64,000 bases of DNA from the human T2T-CHM13v2.0 reference genome, Homo sapiens. The stretch is from NCBI RefSeq assembly GCF_009914755.1, contig NC_060948.1; one strand, written 5' to 3'. Below, in pieces: positions 54,870-64,000 of this stretch. Positions within the stretch are counted from its first letter, which is position 1. Each line of letters starts with the position of its first letter. The notes under the pieces were generated by a model. It had not been told where the DNA came from and did no database searches. It saw nothing but the letters and a program-made list of their open reading frames with translations. Both the position numbers and the translations under genes were made by a program.

Positions 54870-56997
54870 AGATCCATATTTTTTAAATGAAAAAAAATTT
54901 CAAAGGTACTCTGCTTGGTACAATAATCAAATGTATAAACTGAGGAATAAAACATAACCATGAAACCTACTTATAACTGCATATGGAAAATACAGAGGAT
55001 AATTTTTTAAATAACATATTTTGAAAGCCTTAACTAGTAATTTGAAGAGTTGGCATTTGAAAGGCCAGTATGAATATACCTTCAAAGCAGCAACACAGGT
55101 TCCCCATGAGAAAAAGCAAACACAGGGAAAATGAAAACACAAAGGTTCAATCTCTTCTGACCTTTGAAAGACACAGCACAGACAGTGGTCCTTAGGACGA
55201 AGAGCAGGAGACCCCTAATTCCGTCACCATGGCGATAGGGCATAAACATTGCTGGGTGAGGGCACAATCCACATTGTGAGGTCCAACTGCTGCCAGGAAG
55301 ACAGGATTGCTTTTACATAGACCGAAAGGTCATTGAAGGCTCAGAGTTTTGTTTCAAGAACTGAATCCCAAGCCCACACGTTATTAGGCTGCGCTTCTTA
55401 AAACAAGTTATGAGATGGGAAAAAGGGCACCCACAAACATACGTATACATTATGTATATAATAATATACAGTATCATATATATAATATATATAACCTATG
55501 TATAATATTGTTTTACATCCTGCATCTTATGTTATATATATTGTATAAAATATAATAATTGATAATATATAAGTTTTATATCTATACAATATGACATATA
55601 GTATATATTATAATTTATGACATATATAATATATGTTATATATCATATATAGAATATATTATACGGTTAATATACGTATTAAATATAAATTATACATTAT
55701 ATATATTATATATAATATATCTGTTATATATAATACCCATTATGCATAATATATATATTATGTCTATGTTATATATAGTATAAAACAACATATAATAATA
55801 TATAATTGTATATATAAAATGCGACATAATATATATACTATATTTTATAACATATGTAATATATATTATATATTATATATAATACGTTGTATGTATAATA
55901 CCTATATTAAATATATATTATATGACTATGTTATTAATTACATGTCACATGTGTTATATATTATATATTTTACATAGAATATACCGGTTACATACAATAT
56001 ATACTATGTTACCTATTATGTATAATTTATTACATGTAAAATAAAGAATGCAATATATTATGTATAATTTATAATATACAATATGTGGAATGAGATATAT
56101 ATAACATATAATATATGATATATGATATACAGTATATGATATATAACATACAATATATGATTCCTAATATATATGGTATACAATATATATTTTATGATAT
56201 GTATTCTATATGTTTTATATTCTGTTATATATAACTATTTGAAATTATATATAACTGTATAATATTTTATGTAAATATGTAATATAATATATATAACTAT
56301 ATAATATATTATATATAACTATATATTATGTTATATACACTTTTATAACATAATTTACATAAAATATCATAATATAATATATATTATATTATTTCATATT
56401 ACATAATATATATTACATATCACCCAATATAACTAACATACATAATATTATAATATAGATTATATTATGTTATATGAAATATCATATATATCATGTATCA
56501 TATATTCTATAATATATATTACACATTATAAAATATGTATGTTGTCTATTATGTGATATATATAACTCTATATATAATTATATTATTATACATATAACTA
56601 GATAAACATGTAAGTCTACATATTTTCATTTATAATATGTAGAATTATATAATCATATATAATTATTTATATTCTATAAAAAATTTTATCATTATATAAA
56701 TTATAATATATAAAAATTATAATATGTACTACAAATATATATATTATATATCATATATGATATAGTACCTTTGTTATATATCATAATACATATAAATGTG
56801 TATTATGTTATCTATAATTATATAATTTCATATATAAGATGTATAATATGTATCATATATTATATATGTTATGTAATATACATAGTATATATAAGATGAC
56901 ACAGGATAAATATTATATACTATGACATATAAAATATATCCGTTTATATGTTACATATAAGGCATAGCACATAACATGTAATATATATCATATATAA

Positions 56998-57289
<292 letters not shown>

Positions 57290-59391
57290 AGATCCATATT
57301 TTTTAAATGAAAAAAAATTTCAAAGGTACTCTGCTTGGTACAATAATGAAATGTATAAACTGAGGAATAAAACATAACCATGAAACCTACTTATAAATGC
57401 ATATGGAAAATACAGAGGATAATTTTTTAAATAACATATTTTGAAAGCCTTAACTAGTAATTTGAAGAGTTGGCATTTGAAAGGCCAGTATGAATATACC
57501 TTCAAAGCAGCAACACAGGTTCCCCATGAGGAAAAGCAAACTCAGGGAAAATAAAACCACAAAGGTTCAATCTCTTCTGACCTTTGAAAGACACAGCACA
57601 GACAGTGGTCCTTAGGACGAAGAGCAGGAGACCCCTAATTCCGTCACCATGGCGATAGGGCATAAACATTGCTGGGTGAGGGCACAATCCACATTGTGAG
57701 GTCCAACTGCTGCCAGGAAGACAGGAGTGCTTTTACATAGACCGAAAGGTCATTGAAGGCTCAGAGTTTTGTTTCAAGAACTGAATCCCAAGCCCACACG
57801 TTATTAGGCTGCGCTTCTTAAAACAAGTTATGAGATGGGAAAAAGGGCACCCACAAACATACGTATACATTATGTATATAATAATATACAGTATCATATA
57901 TATAATATATATAACCTATGTATAATATTGTTTTACATCCTGCATCTTATGTTATATATATTGTATAAAATATAATAATTGATAATATATAAGTTTTATA
58001 TTTATACAATATGACATATAGTATATATTATAATTTATGACATATATAATATATGTTATATATCATATATATAATATATTATACGGTTAATATACGTATT
58101 AAATATAAATTATACATTATATATATTATATATAATATATCTGTTATATATAATACCCATTATGCATAATATATATATTATGTCTATGATATATATAGTA
58201 TAAAACAACATATAATAATATATAATTGTATATATAAAATGCGACATATAATATATATTATATTTTATGACATATGTAATATATATTATATATTATATAT
58301 AATGCGTTGTATGTATAATACCTATATTAAATATACATTACATGACTATGTTATTAATTACATGTCACATGTGTTATATATTATTTATTTTACATAGAAT
58401 ATACCGGTTACATACAATATATAGTATGTTACCTATAATGTATAATTTATTACATGTAAAATAAAGAATGCAATATATTATGTATAATTTATAATATACA
58501 ATATGTGGAATGTGATATATATAACATATAATATATGATATATGATATAGAGTATATGATATATAACATACAATATATGATACCTAATATATATGATATA
58601 CAATATATATTTTATGATATGTATTCTATATGTTATATATTCTGTTATATATAACTGTTTGAAATTATATATAACTGTATAATATTTTAGGTAAATATGT
58701 AATATAATATATATAACTTTATAATATATTATATATAACTATATATTATGTTATATATACTTTTATAACATAATTTACATAAAATATCATAATATAATAT
58801 ATATTATATTATTTCATATTACATAATATATATTACATATCACCCAATATAAGTAACATACATATTATAATATAGATTATATTATCTTATATTAAATATC
58901 ATATATATCATGTATCATATATTCTATAATATATATTATACATTATATAATATGTATGTTGTCTATTATGTGATATATATAACTATATATATAATTATAT
59001 TATTATACATATAACTAGATAAACATGTAATTCTACATATTTTCATTTATAATATATAGAATTATATAATCATATATAATTATTTATATTCTATAAAAAA
59101 TTATATCATTATATAAATTATAATATATAAAAATTATAATATGTACTACAAATATATATATTATATATCATATATGATATAGTACCTTTGTTATATATCA
59201 TAATACATATAAATGTGTATTATGTTATCTATAATTATATAATTTCATATATAAGATGTATATTATGTATTATATATTATATACGTTATGTAATATATAT
59301 AGTATATATAAGCTGACAAAGGATAAATATTATATACTATGACATATAAAATATATGAGGTTATATGTTACATATAAGGCATAGCACATAA

Positions 59392-59706
<315 letters not shown>

Positions 59707-61834
59707 AGATCCATATTTTTTAAATGAAAAAAAATTTCAAAGGTACTCTGCTTGGTACAATAATCAAATGTATAAACTGAGGAATAAAACATAACCATGA
59801 AACCTACTTATAAATGCATATGGAAAATACAGAGGATAATTTTTTAAATAACATATTTTGAAAGCCTTAACTAGTAATTTGAAGAGTTGGCATTTGAAAG
59901 GCCAGTATGAATATACCTTCAAAGCAGCAACACAGGTTCCCCATGAGAAAAAGCAAACTCAGGGAAAATAAAACCACAAAGGTTCAATCTCTTCTGACCT
60001 TTGAAAGACACAGCACAGACAGTGGTCCTTAGGACGAAGAGCAGGAGACCCCTAATTCCGTCACCATGGCGATAGGGCATAAACATTGCTGGGTGAGGGC
60101 ACAATCCACATTGTGAGGTCCAAGTGCTGCCAGGAAGACAGGAGTGCTTTTACGTAGACCGAAAGGTCATTGAAGGCTCAGAGTTTTGTTTCAAGAACTG
60201 AATCCCAAGCCCACACGTTATTAGGCTGCGCTTCTTAAAACAAGTTATGAGATGGGAAAAAGGGCACCCACAAACATACGTATACATTATGTATATAATA
60301 ATATACAGTATCATATATATAATATATATAACCTATGTATAATATTGTTTTACATCCTGCATCTTATGTTATATATATTGTATAAAATATAATAATTGAT
60401 AATATATAAGTTTTATATTTATACAATATGACATATAGTATATATTATAATTTATGACATATATAATATATGTTATATATCATATATAGAATATATTATA
60501 CGGTTAATATACGTATTAAATATAAATTATACATTATATATATTATATATAATATATCTGTTATATATAATACACATTATGCATAATATATATATTATGT
60601 CTATGTTATATATAGTATAAAACAACATATAATAATATATAATTGTATATATAAAATGCGACATATAATATATATTATATTTTATGACATATGTAATATA
60701 TATTATATATTATATATAATGCGTTGTATGTATAATACCTATATTAAATATATATTACATGACTATGTTATTAATTACATGTCACATGTGTTATATATTA
60801 TATATTTTACATAGAATATACCGGTTACAAACAATATATACTATGTTACCTATAATGTATAATTTATTACATGTAAAATAAAGAAAGCAATATATTATGT
60901 ATAATTTATAATATACAATATGTGGAATGTGATATATATAACATATAATATATGATATATGATATACAGTATATGATATATAACATACAATATATGATAC
61001 CTAATATATATGGTATACAATATATATTTTATGATATGTATTCTCTATGTTTTATATTCTGTTATATATAACTATTTGAAATTATATATAACTGTATAAT
61101 ATTTTATGTAAATATGTAATATAATATATATAACTATATAATATATTATATATAACTATATATTATGTTATATATACTTTTATAACATAATTTACATAAA
61201 ATATCATAATATAATATATATTATATTATTTCATATTACTTAATATATATTACATATCACCCAATATAAGTAACATACATAATATTATAATATAGATTAT
61301 ATTATGTTATATTAAATATCATATATATCATGTATCATACATTCTATAATATATATTACACATTATATAATATGTATGTTGTCTATTATGTGATATATAT
61401 AACTATATATATAATTATATTATTAAACATATAACTAGATAAACATGTAATTCTACATATTTTCATTTATATTATATAGAATTATATAATCATATATAAT
61501 TATTTATATTCTATAAAAAATTATATCATTATATAAAATATAATATATAAAAATTATAATATGTACTACAAATATATATATTATATATCATATATGATAT
61601 AGTACCTTTGTTATATATCATAATACATATAAATGTGTATTATGTTATCTATAATTATATAATTTCATATATAAGATGTATAATATGTATCATATATTAT
61701 ATATGTTATGTAATATATATAGTATATATAAGATGACACAGGATAAATATTATATACTATGACATATAAAATATATGAGGTTATATGTTACGTATAAGGC
61801 ATAGCACATAACATGTAATATATATCATATATAA

Positions 61835-62126
61835 TTTTTTTTTAGACAGAATCTTGTCCTGTTGCACAGGGTGGGGTACAATGGCGCCATCTTTGCTCAC
61901 TTCAACATCTGCCTCACGGGTCCAAGCGATTGTCCTCCCTCAGCCTCCCAGGTAGCTGGGACTACACCACACTGGGACTACAGCAGCTGCCACCATGCCT
62001 AGCTAATTTTTTGGATTTTTAGTAGTGACAGCGTTTCACTGTATTGGCCAGGATGGTCTTGATCTCTTCACCTTGTGATCCCCTTGCCTTGGCCTCCAAA
62101 TTTGCTGGGATTACAGGCCTGAGCCA
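61835..62126 (-). mobile_element. Alu copy, U26
   Basis: Same Alu landmarks as U1. Confidence 0.9.
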
Positions 62127-62700
62127 AGATCCATATTTTTTAAATGAAAAAAAATTTCAAAGGTACTCTGCTTGGTACAATAATCAAATGTATAAACTGA
62201 GGAATAAAACATAACCATGAAACCTACTTATAACTGCATATGGAAAATACAGAGGATAATTTTTTAAATAACATATTTTGAAAGCCTTAAGTAGTAATTT
62301 GAAGAGTTGGCATTAGAAAGGCCAGTATGAATATACCTTCAAAGCAGCAACACAGGTTCCCCATGAGAAAAAGCAAACTCAGGGAAAATAAAACCACAAA
62401 GGTTCAATCTCTTCTGACCTTTGAAAGACACAGCACAGACAGTGGTCCTTAGGACGAAGAGCAGGAGACCCCTAATTCCGTCACCATGGCGATAGGGCAT
62501 AAACATTGCTGGGTGAGGGCACAATCCACATTGTGAGGTCCAACTGCTGCCAGGAAGACAGGAGTGCTTTTACATATACCGAAACGTCATTGAAGGCTCA
62601 GAGTTTTATTTCAAGAACTGAATCCCAAGCCCACACGTTATTAGGCTGCGCTTCTTAAAACAAGTTATGAGATGGGAAAAAGGGCACCCACAAACATACG

Positions 62701-64000
62701 TATACATTATGTATATAATAATATACAGTATCATATATATAATATATATAACCTATGTATAATATTGTTTTACATCCTGCATCTTCTGTTATATATATTG
62801 TATAAAATATAATAATTGATAATATATAAGTTTTATATATATACAATATGACATATAGTATATATTATAATTTATGACATATATAATATATGTTATGTAT
62901 CATATATAGAATATATTATACGGTTAATATACGTATTAAATATAAATTATACATTATATATATTATATATAATATATCTGTTATATATAATACCCATTAT
63001 GCATAATATATATATTATGTCTATGTTATATATAGTATAAAACAACACATAATAATATACAATTGTATATATAAAATGCGACATATAATATATATTATAT
63101 TTTATGACATATGTAATATATATTATATATTATATATAATACGTTGTAGGTATAATTCCTATATTAAATATATATTATAGGACTATGTTATTAATTACAT
63201 GTCACATATGTTATATATTATATATTTTACATAGAATATACCGGTTACATACAATATATACTATGTTACCTATAATGTATAATTTATTACATGTAAAATA
63301 AAGATTGCAATATACTATGTATAATTTATAGTATACAATATGTGGATTGTGATATATATAACATATAATATATGATATATGATATACAGTATATGATATA
63401 TAACATACAATATATGATACCTAATATATATGGTATACAATATATATTTTATGATATGTATTCTCTATGTTTTATATTCTGTTATATATAACTATTTGAA
63501 ATTATATATAACTGTATAATATTTTATGTAAATATGTAATATAATATATATAACTATATAATATATTACATATAACTATATATTATGTTATATATAGTTT
63601 TATAACATAATTTACATAAAATATCATAATATAATATATATTATATTATTTCATATTACATAATATATATTACATATCACCCAATATAAGTAACATACAT
63701 AATATTATAATATAGATTATATTATGTTATATTAAATATCATATATATCATGTATCATATATTCTATAATATATATTACACATTATATAATATGTATGTT
63801 GTCTATTATGTGATATATAGAACTATATATATAATTATATTATTATACATATAACTACATAAACATGTAATTCTACATATTTTCATTTATAATATATAGA
63901 ATTATATAATCATATATAATTATTTATATTCTATAAAAAATTATATCATTATATAAATTATAATATATAAAAATTATAATATGTACTACAAACTGATATA
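62701..64000. repeat. AT-rich low-complexity block (partial, right edge)
   Basis: Collinear with the AT-rich block of other units, but with more private substitutions. Confidence 0.88.

Overview
The whole window is a head-to-tail tandem array of a ~2.42-kb unit: 26 complete Alu+unique cassettes plus partial AT-rich blocks at both ends, with spacings of 2415-2420 bp. Each unit has ~1.55 kb of extremely AT-rich degenerate (TA)n-like sequence, a ~290-bp 5'-truncated Alu on the minus strand, and ~570 bp of more complex HSATI-type sequence. This organisation, the unit length and a predicted ~2.14-kb HaeIII fragment match the human satellite HSat1B/DYZ2, most likely from Yq12 heterochromatin; related copies on acrocentric short arms cannot be formally excluded without alignment. 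There are no credible genes, and all ORFs are repeat-derived noise. I see no evidence of a new biological system. The most informative signals are shared variants between units, which reveal multi-unit duplications, chimeric units and a homogenised trimer, plus rising divergence at the 3' end, a fixed duplication inside the Alu, and repeated transcription-factor-like motifs. Units are numbered U1-U26 by their Alu. Variant comparisons were made by eye and need confirmation by alignment.
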